DNA of 64,000 nucleotides, taken from assembly GCA_037444405.1 (NCBI GenBank), contig JBBIML010000008.1, forward strand, positions 142,676-206,675. Reading direction: 5' to 3'. Positions 22,850 through 32,817 of this stretch are shown here, piece after piece. Origin of the DNA: Armatimonadota bacterium. Lineage in GTDB: Bacteria > Armatimonadota > Fimbriimonadia > Fimbriimonadales > GBS-DC. Position 1 is the stretch's first letter, and the number at the start of each line of letters is the position of its first letter. The notes beneath the pieces are model-generated. The model did no database searches. It was not told the DNA's origin and saw only the letters and a program-made list of their open reading frames with translations. A program made the position numbers and the translations under genes.

Positions 22850-23915
22850 GCTGAGCTTTGCTCAGCTGCTCCATCCGTTCGCGGGCTTTGCGTTCGATGT
22901 TGCGCCAGATGCCGCGCAGTCCCATCGCCTGCTTCATCGCGTCCAGCGTCTCCTCACCGAGCTGGCGCACCTTGAGCGTGCCGGTGTAGATAATCTCTTC
23001 GACCAGCCCGCGCTCTTTCGCGAACTGGGCACGCCGCTCCCGAATCGGGTCCAAAAAGGCGTTGAGGGCGCGTGCCAGCTTCTCCTTGACCTCCACATCG
23101 CCCACGCGACCCGTGCGATACCGCTCCTTCAGGTCCTCCACTTCCTCTTTGTTCGGATTGAAGATGTCGTGATAGATGAACACGGGGTTGCCCTCCACCG
23201 TGCCCGGAATATGCGCATGGATGCGTTTGGGGTCAGTATACATCTGGCGCACCTTCTTCTCCACTGTTCTGGGGTCGTCCGAGAGGAAAATCGCGTTATT
23301 GAGGCTCTTGCTCATTTTGGCTTTGCCGTCGATGCCCACCAGCGTCGGCACCTCGCTGAGCATCACTTCCGGGATGGGGAACACCTCGCCGTAGAGCGCG
23401 TTGAATCGGCGGGCGATTTCGCGTGTGACTTCCACATGCGCCTCGTTGTCCTTGCCGACGGGCACCAGATGCGCGCGGGGCATCAGAATATCGGCAGCCT
23501 GCAACACGGGATAGCCGACCAGCCCGAACGGTAGCGCCTCCTCGTCGATGTGCGCCGCGCGTGCCATCTCCTTCAGGCTGGGCAGGCGCGTCAGACGCGG
23601 CAGGGTCACCAGCATCTCAAAAATCAGGTTCATCTCATACACCGCATGCACCGCCGACTGCAGGTAGATGGTGGACTTGCTCGGATCGATGCCGACCGCC
23701 AGATAGTCCAGCACCATCTCGCGGATGTTCTCGCGCATCTCCTCGATATCCTCGCGTGTGGGGCGCGTGGTCAGCATGTGCAGGTCGGCAATCAGGAAAT
23801 AGCAATCGTACTCGTCCTGCAGTTTGACCCGATTCTGCAGGGAGCCGACATAGTGCCCCAGATGCAGTTTGCCCGTCGGTCGATCGCCTGTGAGAACCCG
23901 TTTGCGCTCGCTCAT
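22836..23915 (-). CDS. trpS: Tryptophan--tRNA ligase
   Basis: [23 protein letters not shown] and KMSKS motifs. Confidence 0.97.
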   Translation of the reverse strand: MSERKRVLTGDRPTGKLHLGHYVGSLQNRVKLQDEYDCYFLIADLHMLTTRPTREDIEEMRENIREMVLDYLAVGIDPSKSTIYLQSAVHAVYEMNLIFEMLVTLPRLTRLPSLKEMARAAHIDEEALPFGLVGYPVLQAADILMPRAHLVPVGKDNEAHVEVTREIARRFNALYGEVFPIPEVMLSEVPTLVGIDGKAKMSKSLNNAIFLSDDPRTVEKKVRQMYTDPKRIHAHIPGTVEGNPVFIYHDIFNPNKEEVEDLKERYRTGRVGDVEVKEKLARALNAFLDPIRERRAQFAKERGLVEEIIYTGTLKVRQLGEETLDAMKQAMGLRGIWRNIERKARERMEQLSKAQLTAG

Positions 23916-23976
23916 CAAATGGGATTATACCAGATTCTCGGTTCCGCGCGGGGTATACTCCAGCAGGAGGCGGACG

Positions 23977-25155
23977 ATGAGTGAGGCGTTGATTGTGGCG
24001 GCGGTGCGCACGCCGATTGGCAAGGCGCCGCGCGGGAGCCTGCGCCATACCCGACCGGATGAGCTGGCGGCGATAGCGATTCGCGCGGTGCTGGAGCGTG
24101 TGCCCGCACTGGAACCGGCGGAAGTGGACGATGTGATTTTCGGCTGTGCCACGCCCGAAGGCGAATCGGGCATGAACATCGCGCGGGTCGCTGCGCTGCG
24201 AGCGGGATTGCCCACCACTGTTCCGGGCGCGACGGTGAACCGTTTCTGCGCGTCGGGGCTGGAAGCGGTCGCGCTGGCAGCCGCCCGCATCCGCACGGGC
24301 GACGCCGATGTGATGATTGCTGGCGGCGTGGAGAGCATGAGCCGCGTGCCGTTTCTGGACATCCGTACCCATCCGAACCCCGCGCTGATGGTTTCCGCGC
24401 CCGACACCTATCTCAATATGGGGCTGAGCGTGGAGCAGCTGGCGAAAAAGTTCGGTATCACGCGCGAGCAAGCCGACGAGTTCGCCCTACAAAGCCACCA
24501 GAAAGCCGTCGCCGCGCAGGATTCGGGCAAGTTCAAAGACGAGATCGCCCCCGTGCAAACGGCATTACAGGAGGTCGATAAAAACGGTCGCCCCGTTACC
24601 ATCCCCATCAGTCTGGAGCAGGACGAGGGACCCCGCCGCGACACGAGTCTGGACGCGCTGGCGAAGTTGAAGCCGGCGTTCCATCCGCAGGGCGTTATCA
24701 CGGCGGGCAACGCCTCGCAGCGCAGCGATGGCGCGGCAGCCGTGCTGTTGATGAGCGAGCGCAGGGCACAGCAGCTGGGCATCCAGCCGCTGGCACGCTT
24801 CGTGGGCTACGCTGTTACAGCCGTCGAGCCTGCCGACTTCGGTATCGCGCCCGCCTACGCCATCCCCAGACTGCTCCAGCGATATAACCTGCGCATCGAG
24901 GACATCGACCGAATCGAGTTCAACGAGGCGTTCGCGGCGCAGGTGCTATCGGCAAACGCGGTCTATCCGCTGCCGATGGAGCGCGTGAATGTGCTGGGCG
25001 GCGCGATTGCGCTGGGGCACCCGCTCGGCTGCACGGGCGCTCGCCAGGTCGCCACCATCCTGTACGAGCTGCAGCGCACAGGCGGACGCTACGGGCTGAT
25101 CACCATGTGCGCCGCGCTCGGCATGGGCGCCGCAGGGCTGATTGAACGGGTATAA
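23977..25155 (+). CDS. Acetyl-CoA C-acyltransferase (thiolase)
   Basis: NRFCASG, GNASQRSDGA, NEAFA and GAIALGHPLG motifs. Confidence 0.95.
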   Translation: MSEALIVAAVRTPIGKAPRGSLRHTRPDELAAIAIRAVLERVPALEPAEVDDVIFGCATPEGESGMNIARVAALRAGLPTTVPGATVNRFCASGLEAVALAAARIRTGDADVMIAGGVESMSRVPFLDIRTHPNPALMVSAPDTYLNMGLSVEQLAKKFGITREQADEFALQSHQKAVAAQDSGKFKDEIAPVQTALQEVDKNGRPVTIPISLEQDEGPRRDTSLDALAKLKPAFHPQGVITAGNASQRSDGAAAVLLMSERRAQQLGIQPLARFVGYAVTAVEPADFGIAPAYAIPRLLQRYNLRIEDIDRIEFNEAFAAQVLSANAVYPLPMERVNVLGGAIALGHPLGCTGARQVATILYELQRTGGRYGLITMCAALGMGAAGLIERV

Positions 25156-25174
25156 TCTGAACGGAGGTCTGGCA

Positions 25175-27154
25175 ATGAAGCCCGCAACAATCGAAACTGG
25201 CACATTACCGAAACTGGAGCTATTGCGCATCATGCTGCTCGCGCGGGAAGGCGACCGGCGCGAGGGCATTTTAATGCGGCAGGGCAAGGGCTGGTTCCAG
25301 GTGCCCGCTATGGGGCACGAGGCGCTGGCGGCGATTATGTACCACCTGCGCCCTGATGACATCATCTTCCCGACCTATCGCGACCGTGCGATGATGCTGG
25401 CGCGCGGAATAACGCCCTATCAGATGGCGCTCGATTTTCTGGCGCGCACGGGCTCCAGCTCCGAAGGGCGCAATATGCCCGCCCACTACACCTCGAAAGC
25501 GCTCAATGTGTTCGGTTTTGCCACCCCCACGGGTTCCCAGTGCCTGCCCGCTGCAGGCGCCGCATGGGGCGTCAAGATGGCAGGCGGTGACCGCGTGGTG
25601 CTGTGCAACATCGGCGACGCCGCCTGCCGCCAGGGCGAGTTCTATGAAGCCGTCTGCTTTGCCATTCAGGAGAAGTTGCCGATTGTGTTCGTGGTGGAGG
25701 ACAACCAGTACGGCATCAGCACACCCACGCGCCGTATGCTGCCGATGCGCCTGCAGGTGTTCGACGAGCGCTGGGTGATGTTTGTCAATGGACGCGATCC
25801 GATAGAGGTATACGAGAAGAGCGGTGAAGCCATTCGCCGCGCCCGACGGGGCGAGGGACCGACCATCCTCTGGTGCGAGCTGGATCGGCTTAGCCCGCAC
25901 ACCAGCGCGGACGACCACCGCGTCTATCGACCCGCCGAAGAGATTGAGGCGATGTTCCAGCGCGACCCGATCAAGCTCTTCGCGGAACGGTTGATCGCTG
26001 AAGGCATTCTGACCGAAGCCCAGTACCAGCAGCTGCAGGACGAAATCGCTCGCGAGATCGATCGGGTTTACCAGCAGGCGGAGCGAGTGCCCCTGCCCGA
26101 TCCCGCGCGCGTGATGGAGCATCTGTACGGCGAACCCGTGCAGAGCTATCGCCCGATGCCGCTGGAACCCGAATCGGAGCCGACCACGATGGTCGCCGCC
26201 ATCAATCGCACCCTGCACGCCGCGCTGGAGACCTTTCCTGAAGTTATTCTGTTCGGCGAAGATATCGAAGACCCGAAAGGCGGCGTGTTCGGCTTCACCA
26301 AAGGGCTGAGTTCGCGTTTCCCCGGGCGCGTGGTCAACTCCCCGCTGGCAGAGGCGACGATTGTGGGCACCGCTGTCGGACTGGCAGCGTTCGGCTACCG
26401 ACCCGTGTTCGAAATCCAGTTCATCGACTTCATCACGCCGGGCTTCCATCAACTCGTGACGCAGGTTGCAACGCTGCGCTGGCGCACGAACGGCGAATGG
26501 AGCTGCCCGCTGGTGATTTATGCGCCGTATGGCGCCTATCTGCCCGCAGGCGGTCCGTGGCACAGCCAGAGCAACGACGGCTGGTGGGCGCACATTCCGG
26601 GACTGCGCGTCGCCATTCCCAGCACGCCTGAAGATGTCGCCGGGCTGTTCTGGGCTGCCATCCAGGACCCCGACCCCTCGCTGATACTGATCCCCAAGCA
26701 CATCTTCCGCGTGCGCCATCCCGTGCGCGAATACAAACCGCTGCCCTTCGGCAAAGCTGCCATTCGGCGCACGGGCAAAGATGTAACGGTGGTGGCGTGG
26801 GGCAACACACTGGAGCTGGCGGAACAGGCTGCCGAACAGCTCGCGCCCGAAGGCATCGAGCTGGAGATTATCGACCTGCGCACGCTCGTGCCCTGCGACT
26901 GGGAGACCATCGAAGCGTCGCTGCGCAAAACGGGGCGACTGGTGGTCATCCATGAGGACAGTCGCACCTGCGGCTTCGGACAGGCAATCATCAGCGAGAT
27001 GACCAGCGTTCCGGAGCGGTTCAACCTGCTGCTCTCGCCGCCCCAGCTGGTCGCCCGCTACGATGTGCATATCCCCTACTGTCCGGAGCTGGAGTATGCC
27101 GTGCTACCCGATCTCAAGCGGGTGCTGCAGGCAATCTACACAGTGATGGAGTGA
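25175..27154 (+). CDS. 2-oxoacid (probably branched-chain) dehydrogenase E1, fused alpha/beta
   Basis: GHEA, YRDR, GDA..QGEF..EDNQY, GEDI..GGVF, NSPLAEA and EIQF.DF motifs. Confidence 0.93.
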   Translation: MKPATIETGTLPKLELLRIMLLAREGDRREGILMRQGKGWFQVPAMGHEALAAIMYHLRPDDIIFPTYRDRAMMLARGITPYQMALDFLARTGSSSEGRNMPAHYTSKALNVFGFATPTGSQCLPAAGAAWGVKMAGGDRVVLCNIGDAACRQGEFYEAVCFAIQEKLPIVFVVEDNQYGISTPTRRMLPMRLQVFDERWVMFVNGRDPIEVYEKSGEAIRRARRGEGPTILWCELDRLSPHTSADDHRVYRPAEEIEAMFQRDPIKLFAERLIAEGILTEAQYQQLQDEIAREIDRVYQQAERVPLPDPARVMEHLYGEPVQSYRPMPLEPESEPTTMVAAINRTLHAALETFPEVILFGEDIEDPKGGVFGFTKGLSSRFPGRVVNSPLAEATIVGTAVGLAAFGYRPVFEIQFIDFITPGFHQLVTQVATLRWRTNGEWSCPLVIYAPYGAYLPAGGPWHSQSNDGWWAHIPGLRVAIPSTPEDVAGLFWAAIQDPDPSLILIPKHIFRVRHPVREYKPLPFGKAAIRRTGKDVTVVAWGNTLELAEQAAEQLAPEGIELEIIDLRTLVPCDWETIEASLRKTGRLVVIHEDSRTCGFGQAIISEMTSVPERFNLLLSPPQLVARYDVHIPYCPELEYAVLPDLKRVLQAIYTVME

Positions 27155-27160
27155 GGTTGC

Positions 27161-28222
27161 GTGAGCGCGGTTAAACGGCGTGTGCGTCCGACGCTGGAGG
27201 CGGTTGCCCGCGCGGCGGGCGTCTCGATCGGCACGGCATCCAACATTCTGGGCGCGAAGGCGACCCTGCACAGCCCCCAGACGGTGGAGCGCGTGCTGAC
27301 CGTCGCCCGTCAGCTCGGCTACCGCCCGAACCGCATCGCGCGCAGCCTCGCCGCCCGCCGCAGCCAGACCATCGGCATCATCATGGAGCCGATGCACGCC
27401 GTCTTCACCCGCAACGAGTACGCCACCGCCGTGCTGGATGGCGTCGTCGACTGCTTCACGCCCGAAGGCTACCACATCAAAATCATCACGCTGCGCGACC
27501 TGCACCCGCGCACGCTGTGGGCGCAGATCGACGACGGCACCATCGACGGCGCGATTTTAATCGCGCCCCTCATCGACAGCCCCCTGCTCAAGTGGCACGA
27601 GCATACGCAGCTGCCCTGCGTGGTGGTCGGCAGCGCACTGCCCGAATCGCTCGGCTTCTACTGCATCGATTCGGATAGCGAGGGCATGATCACGCGCGTG
27701 GTGGACTGGCTGGTGCAGCTGGGGCATCGGCGCATCGGCTTCCTGCAGGGACCGGCGGAGCAGTGGAGCGCGCGCCAGCGCGAGGCGGCGTACCGTCAGG
27801 CGATGGCGGCGCACGGTATTGCTATCCGCGAGGAATGGCTGGCGCGCGGCTTCTACACGCAGGAGGGCGGACAGCTTGCCACCGAGCAGCTGCTAACGGT
27901 GCGCCCGCGCCTCACTGCTATCATCGCCAGCAACGACCCGATGGCGCTCGGCGCACTGGAAGCCTGCCGACAGCATGGTATTCGCGTGCCCGAAGAGATG
28001 TCTATCGTCGGCTTCGACGATATGCCGCTCGCCGCGCTCACCAACCCGCCTCTGACCACTGTCCGCAACCCCATCCACGAGATTGGCTACCATGCCGCGC
28101 AGGCGCTGCTGGAACAGATACAAACAGGCGAAGCCCGACGCGGCAACTGCCTGCTGAAAGGCGAACTCGTCGTCCGCCAGAGCGCCGCCCCACCCATTGG
28201 CACGAGCAGGGATTGCATGTAG
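27161..28222 (+). CDS. LacI family transcriptional regulator
   Basis: TLEAVARAAGVSIGTAS, LGYRPN and VPEEMSIVGFDD..PPLTTV motifs. Confidence 0.95.
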   Translation: MSAVKRRVRPTLEAVARAAGVSIGTASNILGAKATLHSPQTVERVLTVARQLGYRPNRIARSLAARRSQTIGIIMEPMHAVFTRNEYATAVLDGVVDCFTPEGYHIKIITLRDLHPRTLWAQIDDGTIDGAILIAPLIDSPLLKWHEHTQLPCVVVGSALPESLGFYCIDSDSEGMITRVVDWLVQLGHRRIGFLQGPAEQWSARQREAAYRQAMAAHGIAIREEWLARGFYTQEGGQLATEQLLTVRPRLTAIIASNDPMALGALEACRQHGIRVPEEMSIVGFDDMPLAALTNPPLTTVRNPIHEIGYHAAQALLEQIQTGEARRGNCLLKGELVVRQSAAPPIGTSRDCM

Positions 28223-28254
28223 TCCATCGAAAAACCTGAGCAGGGTGATAGAAC

Positions 28255-29067
28255 ATGCCAGTGGCATTGCGATGGCTGATTATCAGCGCATGGGCGAGCG
28301 CTCTGCTGATGGGTGGCTCCGCCGCCGATGACCCTCTCCAGCAAACCGTCACCTTCGACCAGCCCGCCCAGAGCGTTCGGCGACTGCTTCAGGCGCTCTC
28401 CCGCCAGACGGGCATCAAGCTGTTCGCGTTTCAATTCGTGCGCGCGCTGACGCCGGAACAGCTCACGCAGCTGCAGGCGGGTAAGACGCTCACCGTCGCC
28501 GATTTAAAACCGCCCCAGCGTGCCCTGCTGAACCACGAAATCTACGAGGTGGGTATTCTCATCGACCTCGAACATGAGGGCGCAACTCGCGCGGGACCAT
28601 CGGAGCGACTCTGCCAGCTGCCGCACGCTTTTTACCCCGATGGCTTGCCACCAGACACCACGCTGAAACTTGCATCGGGCGACTCGTCGCTGGGGCTGTT
28701 TACCGAGCGCAAGCTGGGCGTGTGGGGGGTGTGCCGCTCCCTCGACAATATCGCCTCCGAGATGCAAATCGTTGAGAGCTTCCAGAGCGAGGAGTCGGAT
28801 GCGGCGTTGCCTGAATATGCTCAGGAAATCAAAGCGCGCTATGCGCAGGCACTGATGCCCGCCCGATTCCAGCTGTTCACGCTGGAGGTGCGCCCTGCAG
28901 CACGGCGCCGAATCGATCTGCCGATGGAGCGATGGCGCGGCTTCGGCGACCATGAGCCGCTGACAAACACCAGCGCCGCCCCGCTGGATAAACTGCCCGC
29001 CGACTTCAAACAAAAACTTGAAGAAGCAAAACGCAGGCTGAAGGAAGGCGGCGAAACGGACGATTGA
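28255..29067 (+). CDS. Secreted hypothetical protein with an STN-like N-terminal stub, possibly internally deleted
   Basis: Signal peptide, then DPLQQTVTF...LLQALSRQTGIKL, then an abrupt switch in sequence character. Confidence 0.5.
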   Translation: MPVALRWLIISAWASALLMGGSAADDPLQQTVTFDQPAQSVRRLLQALSRQTGIKLFAFQFVRALTPEQLTQLQAGKTLTVADLKPPQRALLNHEIYEVGILIDLEHEGATRAGPSERLCQLPHAFYPDGLPPDTTLKLASGDSSLGLFTERKLGVWGVCRSLDNIASEMQIVESFQSEESDAALPEYAQEIKARYAQALMPARFQLFTLEVRPAARRRIDLPMERWRGFGDHEPLTNTSAAPLDKLPADFKQKLEEAKRRLKEGGETDD

Positions 29068-29074
29068 AGGGCAT

Positions 29075-29098
29075 GGAGGGGCGCACGGCGGTGCGCCC
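29075..29098 (+). repeat. REP-like hairpin
   Basis: GGAG-GGGCGCAC-GGCG-GTGCGCCC. Confidence 0.6.
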
Positions 29099-29107
29099 TG
29101 CAATCTG

Positions 29108-30517
29108 TTATGGCGGCTCGATTTCGCTGTAGAGGGGACTGTCGGCGCGGCGGTAGAGACGCTGCAGGCATGTCCAGGGCAGGTCGGCTGGCAGCGCTCG
29201 CAGAAACTCGCTGAGCTGCTGCTCGCCCAAAGCGCCATCTGCCAGATAGCGCGCCCGATACCAGTTCAGCAGATAGCGCTCCTGCATCGACGGATGGACA
29301 GAACCGTCAGGCACATACACGGGCACGCCGCGATTGGAAACGATTGTTAGCCGCAACGCGCCGACACGCTCGGGCAGTCGGGGCAGCCCCACGCTGTGGA
29401 TAAAAAGGTCAACTCCCACCGTCTGCCAGCCCTCTGCCTCAGCGGAGGCGACAGACGGCGGCACGATAATGGCTGGCTCCGCAGGCTCCGAATCGGGGCG
29501 GGATCTGTCCGTGCGGCGGGGCAGATGGCTGATGACCGCCAGTGTGAACTCGCGCGTGGTGGCGTTGCCGCCCAGATCGCGCGTCTTGATGCCCGACACC
29601 AGCGTGTAGCGCAACGCGCTCTCCACACGCTCAGCGTCCTCGTGTAATCCCAGATGGTGCAGCATCTGAACCGCCGAGAGCAGAATCGCCGTCGGGTTCG
29701 CGATACCCCGCCCCGCTATATCGGGCGCGGAGCCATGCACTGCCTCGAACACCGCATAACCGTTGCCGATGTTGCCCCCCGGCGCCACGCCCAGCCCGCC
29801 CACCAGACCCGCGCACAAATCGCTCACAATGTCGCCAAACAGGTTCGGCAAAATCAGCACATCGAACCGCTCCGGGTGCGTTACCAGCTGCAGGCAGGCG
29901 TTGTCAATCAGAATATCGTCCGTTTCCAGGTCAGGATAGTCCTGTGCCACCTCGCGAAAGGTCTGCAGGAACAGCCCGTCGGTAATCTTGTGGATGTTGG
30001 CTTTGTGAACGCAGGTGATTTTACGCCGTTTGAGCCGTCGCGCCAGCTCAAAAGCGTATCGAATAACCATCTGCGAGCCGGGGCGCGTAATGATGCGCAG
30101 CGACTCAGTTACATCGGGCGTCTGCCAGTATTCGACGCCCGCATAGGTGTCCTCGATGTTCTCCCGCACCAGAATGATGTCCACATTCCCGTATCGGCTG
30201 GGGATGCCCGGCAGGGAGCGAGTGGGGCGCACATTGGCAAAGAGGTCGAACGCCTGACGGATGGCAACATTGATGCTGCGATGCCCCGTGCCGATGGGCG
30301 TGGTGGTGGGTCCCTTGAGGGCGACCCGATTGCGCCGGATCGATTCGAGCGTCGCTTCGGGCAGGGGGTCGCCAAACTTCTGCAGGCAGGCTAAACCCGC
30401 TTCCGCCTCTTCCCACTCGATGGGCACGCCCGCCGCCTCCAGCACCTGCACCACCGACTCGGTGATCTCGGGACCTATCCCGTCGCCACGAATCAGCGTA
30501 ACGCGCCGCTTGCTCAT
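29108..30517 (-). CDS. icd: Isocitrate dehydrogenase (Thermus-type, with C-terminal extension)
   Basis: GDGIGPEI, KGPTTTPIG.GHRSINV, HKANI.K.TDGLF, PNLFGDI.SD and EAVHGSAPDIAG motifs. Confidence 0.88.
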   Translation of the reverse strand: MSKRRVTLIRGDGIGPEITESVVQVLEAAGVPIEWEEAEAGLACLQKFGDPLPEATLESIRRNRVALKGPTTTPIGTGHRSINVAIRQAFDLFANVRPTRSLPGIPSRYGNVDIILVRENIEDTYAGVEYWQTPDVTESLRIITRPGSQMVIRYAFELARRLKRRKITCVHKANIHKITDGLFLQTFREVAQDYPDLETDDILIDNACLQLVTHPERFDVLILPNLFGDIVSDLCAGLVGGLGVAPGGNIGNGYAVFEAVHGSAPDIAGRGIANPTAILLSAVQMLHHLGLHEDAERVESALRYTLVSGIKTRDLGGNATTREFTLAVISHLPRRTDRSRPDSEPAEPAIIVPPSVASAEAEGWQTVGVDLFIHSVGLPRLPERVGALRLTIVSNRGVPVYVPDGSVHPSMQERYLLNWYRARYLADGALGEQQLSEFLRALPADLPWTCLQRLYRRADSPLYSEIEPP

Positions 30518-30551
30518 CGTCGAAATTGTACCTGCTCATGGCGAGCTGGCA

Positions 30552-30576
30552 GGATCGCGCCGCTGTGCGCCCCTAC
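30552..30576 (-). repeat. REP-like hairpin (degenerate)
   Basis: GTAG-GGGCGCAC-AGCG-GCGCGATCC; it overlaps the pilC stop codon. Confidence 0.5.
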
Positions 30577-31853
30577 TCGTTCACAAGCTCGTTCACAAAC
30601 TCGAAAAGATTGCCGTAATAGCCCTGAAAGTAGCCGATGCAGTTGATGCCGACCGTCAAAATGATAATCAGCAGGGCGAAGCGCGTGATGGAGAATCGGT
30701 ACATGCGGGCGGCGCCCTCACAGCGTGCTTCGTAGAGCTGTGCCAGCCGACCCAGCATGCCGACCACATCGCCTGTTTGCACGCCTGTGCTGATGAGTGT
30801 GATCTCGTCGGGCTGAAAGAGGCGCGTGTCGGCAAGCGCGATGTCGATGGGCATGGAACGCTCCCCCTCAAACAGGCGCAGATTAAGCAGCGATTCGGCA
30901 ATGGCGCGGTTGGGCACCGCGCTCGCTGCCAGATTCCATGCGGTGCCGGGAGCGACGCCCGCGTTCAGCAGGCGCATCAGATGTTCCACGAAAAACTGGA
31001 GCGCACGGGCGCGAATCCAGTCGCTGTAGCCCCACAGATAGGGCACGGCGAGCGATGCCATCGAGCGCCACCGCTCTGTCCGCGCCGAACGCGCGAACAG
31101 CCACCAGCCAAGCCACAACAACAGCACGACGATCCAGAAGGGCACCCCGTAATACAGCACCAGCTTCAGCCACGCCTGCAAATAGGCGGCGACGGGACTC
31201 ATCTGCGGCGATTGTGTGTAGAGTTTCAGCCCCTGCAGGAAGGCGGCGGATGCGGGCGCCACCATCGGCACCACGATAATGGCGTTGATGAGCAGCAGGC
31301 GCGGCATCCAGAACCAGCGGCGGCGTTTCACCCGTTCCTCAAAGAAGGCCGCCAGCTGGTTACAGACATCGGGCAGGTAGCCGCCCATCTCCGCGGCGCG
31401 AATCGCGCCCTGCACGAATGCGGGGAACAGCTGGGGAAACTGCTCCATCCCGCTGGAGAGCGGTTCGCCGCGCTGCGCCATGCGCGCTATCTGCATGCAT
31501 GCTTCCTGCAGGCGCTCGTCGGGCACGCGGCGACTCAGATACAGGCAGGCGTCGCCCACCGTGTAGCCCGCTTTCAGGAAGCTGGCGAGCTGCGCGAAGA
31601 GCAATCCGAGCGAGTGGTCGCTCACCGCCGCGCTCTCCCACTGACTCGGCGCGGTGGGTGCGGCAGGTTGCGCGGGCGCGGGGCCTGCCAGCGTCGCCAC
31701 GCTGGGCGGCGAGCGCACCTCCACCAGTTGCTGAACCAGCAAACCCTGCGCCTGTAGCAGTCGCTGGGCGTTGAGCGGGTTGTCTGCCTGCACCGTGCCC
31801 GTCTGCGGGCGCCCCGCCCGATCAATCGCCTGATAGCGATAGGTGCGCTTCAT
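30573..31853 (-). CDS. Type II secretion F / PilC family protein
   Basis: YRYQAIDRAG...GTVQA, QLASFLKAG, GEPLS...FP and AAEMGG motifs; two T2SSF repeats. Confidence 0.9.
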   Translation of the reverse strand: MKRTYRYQAIDRAGRPQTGTVQADNPLNAQRLLQAQGLLVQQLVEVRSPPSVATLAGPAPAQPAAPTAPSQWESAAVSDHSLGLLFAQLASFLKAGYTVGDACLYLSRRVPDERLQEACMQIARMAQRGEPLSSGMEQFPQLFPAFVQGAIRAAEMGGYLPDVCNQLAAFFEERVKRRRWFWMPRLLLINAIIVVPMVAPASAAFLQGLKLYTQSPQMSPVAAYLQAWLKLVLYYGVPFWIVVLLLWLGWWLFARSARTERWRSMASLAVPYLWGYSDWIRARALQFFVEHLMRLLNAGVAPGTAWNLAASAVPNRAIAESLLNLRLFEGERSMPIDIALADTRLFQPDEITLISTGVQTGDVVGMLGRLAQLYEARCEGAARMYRFSITRFALLIIILTVGINCIGYFQGYYGNLFEFVNELVNE

Positions 31854-32334
31854 AGGGGCGGATCTCCTGCGCCTGCACAGCGGGGTTGGCTAACAGCGCG
31901 CGCACGGGCGTGCCGTCGGGCAGCACATAGTCAGGCGTCATCTCGAAGAGGGGCACCAGCACGAACGCCCGCTCGCGCATCATGGGATGCGGGATGGTTA
32001 ACCGCTCGCTTTGCAGGGTAAGATGGTCATAAAGGATGATGTCGATGTCTAACGGTCGGGGCATCCAGCGCTGGGCTGTGTTGGTGCGTCCGAGTTCGTG
32101 TTCCAGCGCTTTGAGCGCGTCCAGCAAATCGTACGGGCTTAGCTCGGTCTCCGCCCACATGCCGAGATTGAGGTAGGGGCGTGGGTCAGGCGTCTCGCCG
32201 ATGGGCGCGGTCTCGTACACACGCGAAATCTGACGCGGGTAAACCCCATACGCGGGCAGCCGCTCGATGCCTGCCTGCAGGTTCTTCAGCCGATTGCCCA
32301 GATTGGAGCCGAGACTGAGATAGACCCGCACCAT
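31822..32334 (-). CDS. folK: 2-amino-4-hydroxy-6-hydroxymethyldihydropteridine diphosphokinase
   Basis: YLSLGSNLG, SRVYETAP, PRPLDIDI and LTIPHP..ERAFVL motifs. Confidence 0.96.
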   Translation of the reverse strand: MVRVYLSLGSNLGNRLKNLQAGIERLPAYGVYPRQISRVYETAPIGETPDPRPYLNLGMWAETELSPYDLLDALKALEHELGRTNTAQRWMPRPLDIDIILYDHLTLQSERLTIPHPMMRERAFVLVPLFEMTPDYVLPDGTPVRALLANPAVQAQEIRPYEAHLSLSGD

Positions 32335-32346
32335 CGTGGTTGTAGA

Positions 32347-32421
32347 TGGTGGGCGGTGCTGGACTTGAACCAGCGACCTCCTCGGTGTGAACGAGGCGCT
32401 CTGCCACTGAGCTAACCGCCC
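32347..32421 (-). tRNA. tRNA-Val(CAC)
   Basis: GGGCGGTTAGCTCAG...CCTCG-TTCACAC-CGAGG...GGTTCAAGTCC...ACCA. Confidence 0.96.
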
Positions 32422-32424
32422 TGC

Positions 32425-32510
32425 TGGTGCGCGGGGTGGGACTCGAACCCACACGGGCTGCGCCCACATGGCCCTCAACCATGCGTGTCTACCAGTTCCA
32501 CCACCCGCGC
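32425..32510 (-). tRNA. tRNA-Leu(GAG)
   Basis: GCGCGGGTGGTGGAACTGGTAGAC...CATGG-TTGAGGG-CCATG, long variable arm, GGTTCGAGTCC...ACCA. Confidence 0.96.
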
Positions 32511-32521
32511 TATGCGATTCG

Positions 32522-32552
32522 ATTATACCCCATCGCCATGCACGACTGTCAA
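32522..32552 (-). promoter_or_regulatory. Sigma70-type promoter of the tRNA pair
   Basis: TTGACA-19 nt-TATAAT. Confidence 0.7.
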
Positions 32553-32817
32553 GGGGTTGTGAGGCTGTTCGAAAAATTCGGGGCATAATATCGACCTGAG
32601 TGAAGCCCCCTCACCCGTACCTTCGCCCCATCCGGGGAGGGGTTTCTCTTCTGAAGAAGAGAGGGCGTCGATAGGCAGACGCGAAACAGCTCCTTTCATC
32701 CAGCTGAGCCGCAAAGCGGGCGGACCCGCCTCGCGCTGCAGCACGACGCCCCAATGAAGCCCAAAGGGTATTGACCCTTTGAATAAGCAGCAGCAACTTC
32801 TGTGCCAAACACCCCTC

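Noticed and set aside
32335-32586. N-terminal extension of FolK in the ORF track
   Set aside because: It overlaps two tRNA genes; the real start is ATG 32334.
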